Origin: Entomortierella parvispora E1425
Taxonomy: Eukaryota; Fungi; Mortierellomycota
Assembly (NCBI GenBank): GCA_020891255.1
Contig: BQFW01000015.1
Coordinates: 682,001-746,000 of the forward strand
Length of the DNA stretch: 64,000 bases
Direction of reading: 5' to 3'
Shown: piece after piece, positions 46,957 to 59,100 of the stretch
How the letters are laid out: each line of letters opens with the position of its first letter
Position numbering within the stretch: position 1 is the first letter of the stretch
Position numbers and translations under genes: made by a program
The notes under the pieces: generated by a model
Told to the model about the DNA's origin: nothing
The model's input: only the letters and a program-made list of their open reading frames with translations
The model's database searches: none

Positions 46957-48069
46957 ATGACAGGAGAATTACCCAACTCGTTCCACGTCTCGACGCGGCT
47001 ACCTCGCCTACTGGTCACGGATTTGGATGGAACGTTGTTGAATCCTCAGGACAAGATTTCACCAAGGTCGATCCAGGCACTCTTACATGCACAACAACAC
47101 CACCTGCACCAGACCGAGGAAAGAAAGGCCAAATTGGACCAAGGCGAGGCCGAAAAAGCCCCCACCCCTATTCATCGTCCAATCAGGATCATGATTGCTT
47201 CTGGACGCCCGCCCCGTTCGATCCAAAAGGTGATTGAACTCTTTGGAGGACTCATGATCCCAGACGCGGTCCTGTGTTGTAACGGAGCCTTGAACTACAA
47301 TCCTCGGACAAAGATTCTCTCTTTGCCTCAGTTTGTGGCCCTAGATCAATGTTTGCTAATGGTTAAGCAATTGAGAGCACAAATCAAGAACTACATGAGC
47401 TTTGACCCCAGTCAAAAGGATGGGCAGATTTTGATTGCTGGGCGACCTGGCTTTGCTTGCGAGGTTTTGTTCATGGACGAGACCACCACTACAAGTGCAG
47501 GAAATGAAACAGCGAGTGATGGGCCAGTTTATGCAAAGGATACAACATTCGTATGTGATGGCGTATGGGAGGCTCAAAGGAAGCACAGCATCTATTACAA
47601 CTACGAAAGGATCCCAGATGATTCATCTATGGAGGAATTCATCGAAGAGTTGTTGAGATCTGGTCGAGGAGGTATCGTAAAGATGAACGTGTTGGATCGG
47701 AATAGGATTGCAGCGGACGTTTATGAATCTCTGCCGGAAGAATTGCGTCCCACCGGTTCAACGACAGCAATGAGTACAACTTCTCCCAAGGTGACCTTGA
47801 CGTATTCTGGTCCATACTTTCTCGAGATCTCAGCGGCGGGTGTGAACAAGGGACTGGGCCTTGCCAAGTTCTGTGAATCTCAAGGCTTGGATCGAGCTGA
47901 CGTGGTTGCTTTTGGCGACCTGTTGAATGATCGAGAGATGTTGCAGTTTGCTGGATTGGGATTGTGTATGGGCAACGGCCATCCAGACATGAGGTTGTTG
48001 GCAGACAGGGTTATTGGCACGAACGCCGATGATGGAGTGGCTCGTGAGATTGAGTCCTGGTTCATCTGA
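46957..48069 (+). CDS. Cof-type HAD-superfamily (IIB) hydrolase, intronless
   Basis: Motif I LLVTDLDGTLLN, motif II IASGRPP, FLEISAAGVNKGLGL, motif IV VVAFGDLLNDREMLQFAGLGLCMGNG. An alternative upstream ATG lies at 46864. Confidence 0.9.
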   Translation: MTGELPNSFHVSTRLPRLLVTDLDGTLLNPQDKISPRSIQALLHAQQHHLHQTEERKAKLDQGEAEKAPTPIHRPIRIMIASGRPPRSIQKVIELFGGLMIPDAVLCCNGALNYNPRTKILSLPQFVALDQCLLMVKQLRAQIKNYMSFDPSQKDGQILIAGRPGFACEVLFMDETTTTSAGNETASDGPVYAKDTTFVCDGVWEAQRKHSIYYNYERIPDDSSMEEFIEELLRSGRGGIVKMNVLDRNRIAADVYESLPEELRPTGSTTAMSTTSPKVTLTYSGPYFLEISAAGVNKGLGLAKFCESQGLDRADVVAFGDLLNDREMLQFAGLGLCMGNGHPDMRLLADRVIGTNADDGVAREIESWFI

Positions 48070-48586
48070 AATGTGGCTCCTACTAAAACTAGACCAACTT
48101 AGACTGTATAAACATTCCTCCACGCTAGCACACTTTGTCGATGAATTGAGTGGTGGAAAGAGAAAACAACGCGAAAAGTGCAAGATACGGATAGGATCAG
48201 CTCTGCATTTGCTTTGACCTGAATTGAAATAAACACAAAACTGGAGGCAATCAAGATAAACATAAAAACCGCAAGCGACGCCCACGAGCAGTTGCAAGGA
48301 GAGCACTCGAACACAATCGGATCAGAGTTCAGCGATACGACGCTGCTGTTGGTCCCGTGGGCAGCGAAACATGGCGGCGTTCGGCGGTGGAATTATTCTT
48401 TGTATGCACTGTCACCCTGGCACCCGAGCCAAAAGTCTTCCCCACAGTGTTCACTCCAGGGACCGTTTCATATCACTCACAGTTCCTTTCCTTTTCTGTG
48501 TCTTTTTTCTCACACTTTCTTTCTTTCCTTTGTCCCTCTTGTCCCCACTCCCCCCTCTCCTCTTGTCCTTTCCCCTTTTCTTTAAC

Positions 48587-50161
48587 ATGACCAGTTCGAC
48601 ATCCATTCCTGTCATCGATGACATCTCTGTCCTTTACTCTGCTCCAAAGCTCGCCAGCGCGCGTGAGCGATGGTTTGAGCTGCATGCCAAGTTTCAAGAG
48701 CTCTACGGCCAAGTACCTGATTTCATTGCCCGGTCGCCTGGTCGAGTCAACCTGATTGGTGAGCACATTGACTATGCAGGATTCGGAGTTCTCCCCATGG
48801 CAATTGAGGATGATTGTCTCATTGCCGTCGCAATCGATCATGCCAACCCGACTGTCCAAGTGGCCAACATGTCGCATGAGAAATACCCTACCTTGAATTT
48901 CATCCCCAAGCCTGCCGAACAAGGATTTGTCGATATTGATCCCAAGGCCCATATCTGGAGTAACTACTTTGCAGCTGGTTTCCGAGGTTTCTTGGAAGAG
49001 ATGAACGTCAGGGATACGCCGAAGGGCATGAAATGTCTCATGAATGGAACTGTCCCAACTGGAGCCGGCCTTTCCTCCTCTTCAGCCTTTGTCTGCTGTG
49101 CAGTTCAGGCCACCTGCAAGGCTCAGGAATCGATCTTGGTCAAGAATGCTCAAACTTTGCCCTCTTCCTACGAGATGGCCGTGATTTCAATTCGCTCCGA
49201 GCAGTATGTGGGCACAATGGGAGGTGGCATGGACCAAGCATGCTCGATCCTCTCCAAACCTAAATCGGCCCTCTTTATCGAGTTTCACCCGGTGCTCAAG
49301 GTCACACCTGTCTTCTTTCCCTCGACGTTACCTCCTATCGCCTTTGTCATTGCAAACACCCTTGTGACCTCAGACAAGGCCGTAACCGCCCCTGTTCGCT
49401 ACAATCTGCGTGTTGTTGAGACGCGAGGAGCCGCCAGGATCTTGGCCAAGACATTAAATCTCGAGATCCCAGCCTCAGGCAAGTTCCATCTCAAGCAGGT
49501 GCTGGATGCACACTTCGAAAACATTGGATTCGAATACACGGGCAAGACCGAGGCCGAGGCCGACATTGAGAAACTGACTACCATGATCGATATTGTGGAA
49601 CAAGTCTTTGGGACAGAGGAAATCAAGGATGGCGTCTCGTTTGCAAAGGTCTGTGAGATGTCAGACTTGAGCGAGCAAGAGTTCACAAAGTTATACATCC
49701 AACAACCCATCAGAGCGGAAAAATACCATCTCTACCGTCGCGCCAAACACGTTTATGGTGAGGAGCGGAGAGTGGTTCAGTTCAGGGATACCTGCGAAAA
49801 GGCTGCATCAGCGTCGAAGCAGGTCTCGGCCGAGTCTTTGTTCGCACAGTTGGGAGGACTTATGAACGCATCTCAGGATTCATGCCACAACCTCTTTGAT
49901 TGCTCCTGTGATGAGTTGGAAGAACTGACAAAGTTGGCAAGGCAAGCAGGCGCCTATGGATCGAGATTGACCGGAGCCGGATGGGGCGGAGCCACGGTTT
50001 CGTTGGTTGCAGAAGACAAAGTCCCCGAGTTCATTGCTCACATCAAGAAAGAGTTTTATGGAAAGCACCACCCACAATTAACCGGAAAGGAACTCGACCA
50101 TGCCGTCTTTGCCTCTGCACCTTCCAGTGGAGCCGCGACATTTATTGGCAACAACTATTAA
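48587..50161 (+). CDS. GAL1: galactokinase (GHMP kinase), intronless
   Basis: RSPGRVNLIGEHIDYAGFGVLPMAI, VPTGAGLSSSSA, GGMDQACS and GSRLTGAGWGG. Confidence 0.95.
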   Translation: MTSSTSIPVIDDISVLYSAPKLASARERWFELHAKFQELYGQVPDFIARSPGRVNLIGEHIDYAGFGVLPMAIEDDCLIAVAIDHANPTVQVANMSHEKYPTLNFIPKPAEQGFVDIDPKAHIWSNYFAAGFRGFLEEMNVRDTPKGMKCLMNGTVPTGAGLSSSSAFVCCAVQATCKAQESILVKNAQTLPSSYEMAVISIRSEQYVGTMGGGMDQACSILSKPKSALFIEFHPVLKVTPVFFPSTLPPIAFVIANTLVTSDKAVTAPVRYNLRVVETRGAARILAKTLNLEIPASGKFHLKQVLDAHFENIGFEYTGKTEAEADIEKLTTMIDIVEQVFGTEEIKDGVSFAKVCEMSDLSEQEFTKLYIQQPIRAEKYHLYRRAKHVYGEERRVVQFRDTCEKAASASKQVSAESLFAQLGGLMNASQDSCHNLFDCSCDELEELTKLARQAGAYGSRLTGAGWGGATVSLVAEDKVPEFIAHIKKEFYGKHHPQLTGKELDHAVFASAPSSGAATFIGNNY

Positions 50162-50292
50162 ATAATAACCTCCTTTCTTCCTCTCTAATCAGCCTTCATC
50201 CTCTACATCATCTTCCTTTGGCGCAATGGACGTGTTTTTTATTCAAAACAATAAGCCCAATAAAAGCAAAAATGACAACTTTGAATCGTCAG

Positions 50293-51400
50293 TCAGTCGT
50301 CGGTATCCAGACCGTATTTTTCGTATTGACTCTTGATGGTTGTTCCTTCGATCTCAGCACACTACATCGTGCCATCAAAAGTTAACATCTTACTTTCGCA
50401 ATCAGCCAAACATGTTCATTTGGAATACCTTCCCACAATTACCTTTCCGAGAATAATTTGACCAACATCCTTGATCTCGTTGTATTCATGAAGCAGCCTG
50501 ATACGTTGATCAATGATTTCATTCGGAGACCCTTCTCCTCTGTTGAGGAAAAATAAAAATAAAAAAGGTCTTGTCAGTCGGGAATCAAGTATGGGTCACA
50601 GCATGTCGTGGAGGGTGACAGAATGAACATTACAAAATCTGCACCTTATCGACTTTATGATCTCCTGTTCCTGTCGCTCCAGTTCGAGAATCGTTGCCTT
50701 GAGTTCCTGAATCTTGGCATCTTCCTTAGCCTATTGGGCGATCAGTCATCCACTGAGTTAGGCCTAACAACCACGGACAAATTTCTCCACCCAGCCAAAG
50801 CGAAGGTGGAGGCTCAGTGTGGTGGTTACACAAATAGTTTACCTCAGTTTTTCGGTGCTGCTCCTGAGAATCCCGTTTGGATTTATGTTTCTCGATCTGT
50901 AATGTTGATGAGAGCAACGGGGTTGGAGTCGATTCAGATGTGGCCCTTGCTTCCGAGGGTATGAGATCTGTTGGCTGTGCTATCGATGTCGAATTGACGA
51001 GATCCAACGAAGATCTATTCTCCACAGCCAGGGGTGGTTGCTGCTGACTTTCTTCTGGATGCATCTCTAGCTCCGCTATGTGAGACTGCTCTTGCTCTAC
51101 TTCCTGATCATGCATCAGCTGTTGATTTTGGGGAGCAGCAGGACTTGAGCGTCCTGAAGAATGAGGCTCGTCGAAATTGTTGCTCGAGTGTTGGCGTCGT
51201 CGACTTGACGAGGAAGACGAAGGCGAACTGTAGTCTCTTGAACGATCCGACCGCCTCTCTCGTTGTGGATCTAGAGAAGGGGATGGGCTGTGTCGGCTGC
51301 TGCCTCCATTCTCGCCATGTCGTTCATGGCGCGCATGGTCATTCCTGTGACGACGGTGGTGGCGTTCCTGAGATGGTGAATGATCACGCAGAGTCTCCAT
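50293..51400 (-). CDS. SWI5: Swi5/Sae3 DNA-repair protein with a low-complexity N-terminal extension, multi-exon
   Basis: Hand-spliced C-terminus EIIDQRIRLLHEYNEIKDVGQIILGK/CAEIEGTTIKSQYEKYGLDTDD* matches the Swi5 domain. The start codon is uncertain. Confidence 0.8.
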
Positions 51401-51606
51401 TCTTTGGTGAATTGACTTTGGAGGTGGCGGCTAGTCTCTATGCTGATGGCAAAAAGCAACTAGGATGCGAGGAGGTAAGAAAGAAAGAAAGCTGTGGCGG
51501 CATGTAGACGAACAAACAAATGGGACAGACTGCATGACGGCGTAAACATTTTTATTTTGGGCGTTTGGCTCTTTCTGCCGCTCATCAATGTAAATGGTAT
51601 ATTTGT

Positions 51607-52841
51607 CTAGATTTCGCGAGCCATGGCCCAGACACTTCCTTCCTCAGAGTGGAGCTCCTCGTTGCCTCCAAGAGAGACTTGGATGAGGGACTCGAAAATG
51701 CCCTTTCCAGCCAAGGGCTCAACGCGAGCCACATCGTCCTTAGTGATAAAGTCGTTTGTTTTGCGCTGGGCGAAGACCATCATACAGGCACCGGCACGGA
51801 TGCTGTTCTTACTGCCATTGGTCTTTTGGTAGGCAGAGTCCTTCTTCAATGAAGCCTGGGTCGAGGACCTTGCAAGATGATAGAGCACAAAGGTTTCCAT
51901 CTCCAAAGTCAATGTCTTTGGTTCATGAGCCAACAACTGTGTGAACAACTCTTGGTTCTCATCGAGAAAGTTCTCGTCCTGGCGGCCCTGGGAAGAGTAG
52001 AAAGAATCTGCAGTAGCGTTGATACCAGACCAGACATGGTCCTCACCGAGAGCAGCGCTCATATTCTTGACCAAAACTTGAGTGATTTCAGGATCGGCAG
52101 CGACAGACTTGGAGAGGTGGTATGGTGAGCCATTATCACCATCTTCAGAGAAGTAGTCGACGTTTCGCTGGACCAGAAATGAGCTCGAGGGGACACAGAT
52201 ATCACCAACCTTGCAGTCGGAGAGCGAACCGCAAGAACCCAGACGGATCATGAGCATGGGCCCATCAACAACGGCTCTGCACTCTCGGACAAAGAAGTCC
52301 ATCATGGAGATACCCATGCCTAACGGGAGACAATTTTGGCAATTAGTAACAAGAACAATGAACAGATACCATGCAAAACACAGATTGTATCGTCTTTACC
52401 GATGGCAACAATCGAAACAGGAACATTCTTGTAGCGACCTGTAATAGTTAGGAAGCCACGATGCGAGGCGAGGCTAAAAAGGTTGGAAGGAACGGACTTC
52501 GCAGGAGTGGCGGGATCGACGCCATCGAGGGAGCGAGCCAAGATCATTGCACGGACGGGATCACCAACAGTGATAACTCTGTTGGCTAGCTCGCCGCGCT
52601 TGACACCTACATGGCTGTGAAAAGGTGGACATGGTTAGGGATGGGCAAGAGGAAGAAGGAGAATCTACCTTTACCAATCATGTTTACAAACAAACATTGC
52701 GTCAAATTGTGTGTCCGTGTGATAGCTGAAGCGCAATGAAGTGGGGTGTGGAGCTCACAGATACAAAAAACGCAAGACGAGAACAACGTACTAAGTGCGC
52801 CCTTCAGCATCCATTGGAAAGTTGGCGTTGGTCATGGACAT
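51607..52841 (-). CDS. uridine/purine nucleoside phosphorylase family protein (PNP_UDP_1), 3 exons
   Basis: MSMTNANFPMDAEGRTY/HVGVKRGELANRVITVGDP..SHRGFLTITGRYKNVPVSIVAIG/MGISMMDFFVRE..IRLGSCG..TADSFYSSQGR..LEMETF. Confidence 0.9.
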
Positions 52842-53274
52842 TGCGGGATGAGTTCTTTGTGAAGAAAGGAATGGGAAGGAATGGGAAGGGATGGGAAAGA
52901 GGTGGAAGGAATGGAAGAAAGAACAAAGAGTGGAAGAGTCAGAGAATCAAGAATCAAAGGAATGCGGGGGCCGCTCTTTAAACTACCAGTCTGGCTGACC
53001 CAGGAAAAAAAAAAAAAAAAAAGAGTGAGCAGAAGAGTTGCACAGTTGCCAATTGCCCGTTCTCAACCGCCCACTTTCCCACATTCCCAGGCACAACCAA
53101 CCCAGAAGTACATCCAGACGCCACCCTCGTTTCTTTCAATCGTACGCAACTTCAGGTCTTTGACTTTCGGTCGTCGAGAGGCTGCAAGGTAGGTGAAATA
53201 TCAGGATAACCATACCAGGCACAGCCGAGGTTCGGTAAGACGATCCCTGGCCGGGACTCGGGGAGCCCGGTGCC

Positions 53275-53662
53275 GTGGATTTGCCTCTAAGCCACTGCAG
53301 CTCTGGTATAAAAAGGTGCTATGAGCGGGAGATAGGGGAAAGTTGTCTTTGCCACATACTTCTTTCCTACTATTTCGTCGCTGCTGCTTCTGCTATACGG
53401 ACACTGGTTCCATACGAGCAGGCGAGAACCCTTTTAGGAGACCCGGAAAAGAACACAGATACAACCCAGAGAACCTTTATTTCACCAGTATGAGCGTGGG
53501 CGAAGAGCAAGAGAAGCTTGATCTCGGAGAGAATGCTCCCGAAGGAGCCAGTTCAAACTTTCAATACCTTGGGCAGGGAACAGCACAAACAGGGACTGCT
53601 GGCACCACTGGGGCGTCTTTCGACCACTTCAGTCCAGGCCCTTGATCGATGGATCACATGTT
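53275..53662 (+). repeat. dispersed repeat, copy 2 (homologous to 11038-11355), with a TATAAAAAG box
   Basis: Direct alignment with 11038 onward. Preceded by a GC-rich hairpin CCGGGACTC-GGG-GAGCCCGG (~53249-53268). Confidence 0.8.
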
Positions 53663-53760
53663 GACCCCTTAATGAAGTGTATCATTTTTGAACACATGAA
53701 CAATGCTTTTAATTTGCCATTCCTTCGCTCTTCACTTTGACCAGCTGCTATCTATTCTCT

Positions 53761-53850
53761 CATTGCCTCTTTTCTCTCTCTTTCTCTCTCTTTCTCTCTC
53801 TTTCCCTCTCTTTCCCTCTCTCTCTCTCCCTCTCTCTCTCTCTTTCTGTC
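53761..53850. repeat. (CT)-rich pyrimidine tract
   Basis: ttttctctctctttctctctc... seen directly upstream of the 53970 ORF. Confidence 0.85.
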
Positions 53851-53969
53851 TTTCTGTCTTCCAAAGGATTTTTCACATTTCTCTATCGATCTCTCACTTT
53901 TTTTAAGAGCTGACTGAGCCCCCTATCCTACTTATCCTTTCGCTCTCGGATCTAATCTGCGTCGCTTAC

Positions 53970-54703
53970 ATGAGCATCAGGACCCCAGGCACGGCACCCA
54001 CCCTTAGGAATGACTCTTCTTCCCTCTCGGCCAACGCCAATCTCAATAACACCCAACAAACGCTGCCTGCGCAACCCTCAGGAGCTATAGTCCGAAACGA
54101 TATGCCCGGAGGCCCGTCCGCTGCTGGTCAGCCGGTCTCTGAGCCAATGGGAACTGTACCTGCTCTCTCTAACCATGCTTCCATCCCAAGCAGTACGGCT
54201 CTAAGTTCTTCTGGAACTGCTTCAACGCCTTTGCCTGCACAAGACCAGGCCTTATCAGAGGAAACCATGGAGCAAGCACTCTTATCCTCATTCAAAGCCG
54301 CCGCTCATTCTGTTGCCCAGCTTTACAAGGATGCACGTAAGCATCAAAGAGCAGAACAAGCAAAGGGATACGACGCAGCACTTCAAGATTTCATGACATT
54401 TATTTCCAACCATCCCGCCATTCAGGAAAAGAAACTGCGGGGTCACTCAGAGGATGATATTAGACGGAATACCAGCCTGTCAGTCGATGACATTGTCACA
54501 TTTGTGACCAATGCTCAGTCCATGAATCGATCCGCACTGGCTGGTAATGACCCTCAACAACAAATGCAATTGCAGCAGCAACAGCAGCAGCAATTGCACG
54601 CCCAAGCTCAGGCGCAGGCGCAGCACCAACAACAGTTGGAACAGCAACAGCTGGAACAGCAACAGCAGCAATTGCAACAGCAACAACAACACCAGCAATA
54701 TTT

Positions 54704-54746
<43 letters not shown>

Positions 54747-55136
54747 TTGCAGCAACAACAGCAACAAGAGCATCAACACCAACAGCAGCTTAATCATGGA
54801 ATGCATCAAGCGTCTGCTGGAGCTCCAGGCCTTCCCCCTCCTGCCCCCGTCTCAATCTTTCCGAATGAAGTTTTTACATTTGCGGCCCCTATCTATCACC
54901 CTGGATTAGATCAGCAGGGAGTCTTTCCGCATTCAGGACCAGAAGGCGGCATAGGCCAACAGATGGCCGTTGATTCTCTAAAACGTAGATATGCACTCCA
55001 AGATTTCAACATGGCCGCCAGTCGACTGGCAGCAAACTCACCAAGACACTCTTCAAATGCGATAAGCATGGATGGGTTCACATTCCATGATCAACAACCC
55101 CCATTCAAACGGGGACGTCGTCGTGAGGGTGAATAA
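53970..55136 (+). CDS. polyglutamine-containing protein with a HAPSTR1/DUF4588-like domain
   Basis: 388-aa ORF. ALLSSFKAAAHSVAQLYK..KGYDAALQD resembles the DUF4588 core. A CAG/CAA-encoded polyQ lies at ~54560-54790. Confidence 0.7.
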
Positions 55137-55917
55137 CGAACTGCTCCCACCCATCAAGGCCATCCCTATCCCTGTATTGCATTGTTCTTATGTTTTCGCT
55201 TTTACCCTTTCTCACCCCTCCATTCATCTTTTTTTCAGCTTGCTTTGCCATTGTAGATCATAATTTCCTTTCGTGTACAATCCACCATTTCATTAGATAA
55301 AGCTTCACTCTCACTTTTTTTTGCTACATTCACTTTGTCCTTCAATTTACTTCGGTTTTCTCTCCTCCTTGTACTAGTAATAAAACCATTCACCATAAAA
55401 CAACCTAATGACACTTCTTCATCTACTGTCTCTTCCACCCTTACTCAAAATTAAAGCGATTTGCTATATGAGGTGAGTGCCTCCGGAAGGAGGCGCGCCA
55501 AAATCACCAGGGAGCTGACTGCTGCCCTCATTCATTATATGATGTCTTTTGGGGAGTTTGTATGTGACTGAAGAGTGAATATCGGGAGAAAAAAAAAAAA
55601 GAATCGACCATTGACCATGCTGGCTTTCCTCCTCTGCCGCCCCACTCTTTCCTCAATTCCAGATCTACTGGCACCATAAAGCGTGGCGTATAAAAGCTAC
55701 ACCGAGTAGGACGGTATCTTCCTCCCACAGTCTTGGGCTATGGTCAACTATATGTCGCTCCTTGCGATCCTGATCGAATGGGCACATCAATATTATCTAC
55801 GGGAGACTTTTGACCGAGTAAAACAAAAAAACCATTATCCTTCCATGGCAGAATGCCATACCCGGGGCATATGCCACGGGCAGACACGCTAGTCTATTCT
55901 TTAGAGAAATCCAAAAA

Positions 55918-55991
55918 TGTTTGTACTCGGACTTGAACCGAGGACCGTCTGTGTGTTAGACAGACGTGATAACCAACTACACCATACAAAC
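55918..55991 (-). tRNA. tRNA-Val(AAC)
   Basis: Reverse complement GTTTGTATGGTGTAGTTGGTTATCACGTCTGTCTAACACACAGACGGTCCTCGGTTCAAGTCCGAGTACAAACA. It has a 7-bp acceptor stem, anticodon AAC, a GTTCAA T-loop and a T5 terminator. Confidence 0.97.
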
Positions 55992-56084
55992 GACTGTTCT
56001 GTTAAGAAAGGTAAATGAAAGTCCTCTATGTCTCGAAGATTGAAAGTTAATATCACGTGATATGCGTGAGTTCCTCCCCTTAAG

Positions 56085-56100
56085 TGAAGGCAACTGGTCA
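56085..56100 (+). repeat. 16-bp target-site duplication, left copy (TGAAGGCAACTGGTCA)
   Basis: Exact copy at 61806-61821, directly after the poly(A) tail. Confidence 0.95.
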
Positions 56101-59100
56101 GCATGTGTCCCAGCACCGTTTCGCCTCCATCCAGGCGGCTATCGATCAACGCAATCTGCGATTTGCAACAGACACCAAGGCCACCATTCGAAGCATTCTT
56201 GAAGTGCAAACCTCCCGTGTGCACCTTGATCATGTCATTGTCAACGACGCGAATGGACATGCCACTGTGATTGATGATCCTGATACCTTACTAGCAACAG
56301 TTCGTTCCTACTTTTGTGACGAGTGGCATGCACCGCGGATGGTTGGTAGCCTTGAGGGAAAGTGGATCGACTTCTATGCACCTCGCGACGACATTGATCC
56401 GCATTGGTTCGCCAACCTCATGGACCCCCCATCAATAGAAGAGATGACTGCTGCGGTCACTTCAGCACCGTTGAACAAAGCGCCAGGACTGTCAGGCATC
56501 ACCGGGGACCTGCTCCGTCATTTAGGTCCTTTTGCAAGTCTGCTCTTGCACCTAATATTCCGTGCTTGCTGCGCCCAAGCCTCTCTTCCGGCATCTTGGA
56601 TGAAAGGCCTTCTGTACTGCATCCCCAAAGGGCCTTGCTGGACAGGTCGCTTGACAGACGTCCGTCCCTTGACATTACTGGAACATGGGCGCAAAATCCT
56701 GTTCTCCATTCTGGTTGACCGCATGGTCGTCGTTCTAACTACACATAGGGTCCTGCGTGGCGCGAATTTCTCAGTGCTTCCGGGCACTACCACTAAGGAT
56801 CCAATTCACATCCTCAATGCGGTGATGGAAGATGCTCGGGAGCACAATAAGGAAGCATGGATACTCTTCCAGGACATCCGCCGCTGTTTTGACTCTGTAA
56901 CCTGCGGACCGGGCCAGACCCTTGAACGTAGCCTGAGACGTCTTCGGATCCATCCAATGTTCATCCAGCTCTGCACGACCATTGCAACCGAGAAAACCAA
57001 CCAAGTTATTACGGCCTTTGGAATGACGGCACCATATCACCCTCGCTGCGGCCTTGATCAGGGTGGTGTTGAATGTCCTATCCTCTGGCTTATTTGCTAC
57101 GACGTCCTTTTAGATGCAGTGATGGAGGCGGGACTCGGTTATGTGATAACGCGACACAATTCGTTGGTAGACCAGCGTCGGCTTCCCAGGCTTTTGGAGG
57201 ATCCCTCGGACACTGCAGTTCAGGTGTCAGCAGGCGCCTTCGTGGACGACACCAACTTTTACGCCCCATCCCAGGCCAACATGCAACAAACAGTGGATGT
57301 GGCGGTAGAATTCTTCACCTTGAACGCCATCGAGATTAATCCCAAAAAGACTGAACTCATTGTCATCAACGCCTCCACAGACGACCGCAGTATCACTATT
57401 GGCGACGCAACTGTACAAGCCCACAACTCCACCACAGCCGTCCGCTCCCTTGGGGTGTGGTTCACTGAAGACGGGATCCCGAAGTCGACTAAGCGAATGG
57501 TCATGGAGGAAGTTTCATCCTTGTGTGCCGTCCTCTCGCGCCGCGCTGTCACAGACAAACAGGCCATTTACTTGGTTAATAATGTGTTAATTCCACGGAT
57601 CTTGTATCGTCTTTCAGTCACAATCCTCTCACCTTCTGAAGTTACCTCGATAGTTTCGCGGTATACGACTATGATTCGGCACAAAGTGGGTCTTCCGGCT
57701 GGCACGCCCAATAGTATCCTCTTCCACCGTCGATTGTATGGCCTCCGCCACTTTGGTGACGTGCAGGCTGAGGAGCAAATTTCGACAGTCCTCCTTCGCA
57801 TACAAGACAAGGGTCTGGTGGGCAGAGTCATGGCTGCTCGTTTCTCATCTCTGCAAGCTGCTGCTGCTATTGTACAACACCCGCTCGAAGCCCCGGACCG
57901 CTCATGTCTGGTCAAGAAGCACCATTTTCTCGCCAAGGTTTGTGGGCTCTTGGTTGACCGGGCCATTACAATCGCTCCTGTCCAACTCCCGCAGTACCCG
58001 CCATCTACACTGCTGTCGACACTTATCCCTGCCCAAGCATACTTCAAAATCGGCCCACAACTCTTCCGCGACGGCATTGTATTCCTGCACGACGTTGTTA
58101 CTGAGGATGGATCCCACCTTGCATCTTGGCGCGATCTCAAGGACCGACACCGCCTGTCTGGCGGGATGCGTGCATGGTACGCTGCTCTCACTGTCCATCT
58201 CTGCACACCTCCTGATGCCAGCGACTCTGATTCTGCCGAAACGAACGAGGACAACGCACCCGCCACAACTCTGTCCGCGACATCCAGCGTGTACGAGTTG
58301 TCCGATACCGATTCAGAGCCGTTGATTGATCCACGCATCCTGCGTCGTGCTCTGCTCCGGGCAGAGGAGGCCTCCACAACAACTACAGGTGATCTTGAGC
58401 GAGTGAGTATAAACAAAAACGAACTTCAAAAGGCAGTGTCTACAACAGCTGCTACGGCAGTGACTCATTCGTTCAAGCGGAAAGATGAAGAACAACGACC
58501 AAAGCCAGACAAAAACAAAGACACACTTACCCAATTGTATTCATTAGAACAGAGTGCGGACCACAGCCCCAGCGACGGCAACGGCGCAGAGGTTGTAGAA
58601 GAGGTGATCTGGGAGATGGATATGGCGTTCACGGATCAAGAGTCGTCGGGAGAGGAGCAGGACGATGAGATACCAAGAGGACCACGGAGCCCAAAAGGAA
58701 AAGAGGCAGCGCGCGAGCAGGTTCAAGAGGAAGAGGACTGGAGCGAGGCGCGCGTGGGAACGGTGGTGCGGAACAAGAGTGGGGAGTGTGGACAAGATGC
58801 AAACAAGACCGTGCAGGACAAAAAGAAACAACAAAAAGAGGCAAAAGAACCCAAACAAAAACAAAAAGGCTCACGTCACCCCATCCGACAAAAGGCAAGG
58901 CACAACCCACCTACTGCACGGTCTGCACACCCTCACAGCCAAAAAGACCAGACAACAAAAAAAGAGCCAAAAGAGAAAAAGGGACCATACGAGCCCAGGT
59001 CGCGCTCCCTTCCTTCTTCTTTTTTGTCTTCTTCTTCTTCTTCTTCATCTTCTTCTTCTTCTTCTTCATTTGCACCTTCTTCATCGTCACCTTCTTCTTC

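Noticed and set aside
11346-56060. Recurrent CACGTG (E-box) motifs at ~11347, 12363, 12380, 12526, 18592, 25858, 28257, 46875 and 56055
   Set aside because: This is a common fungal promoter hexamer with no consistent spacing or link to the elements.
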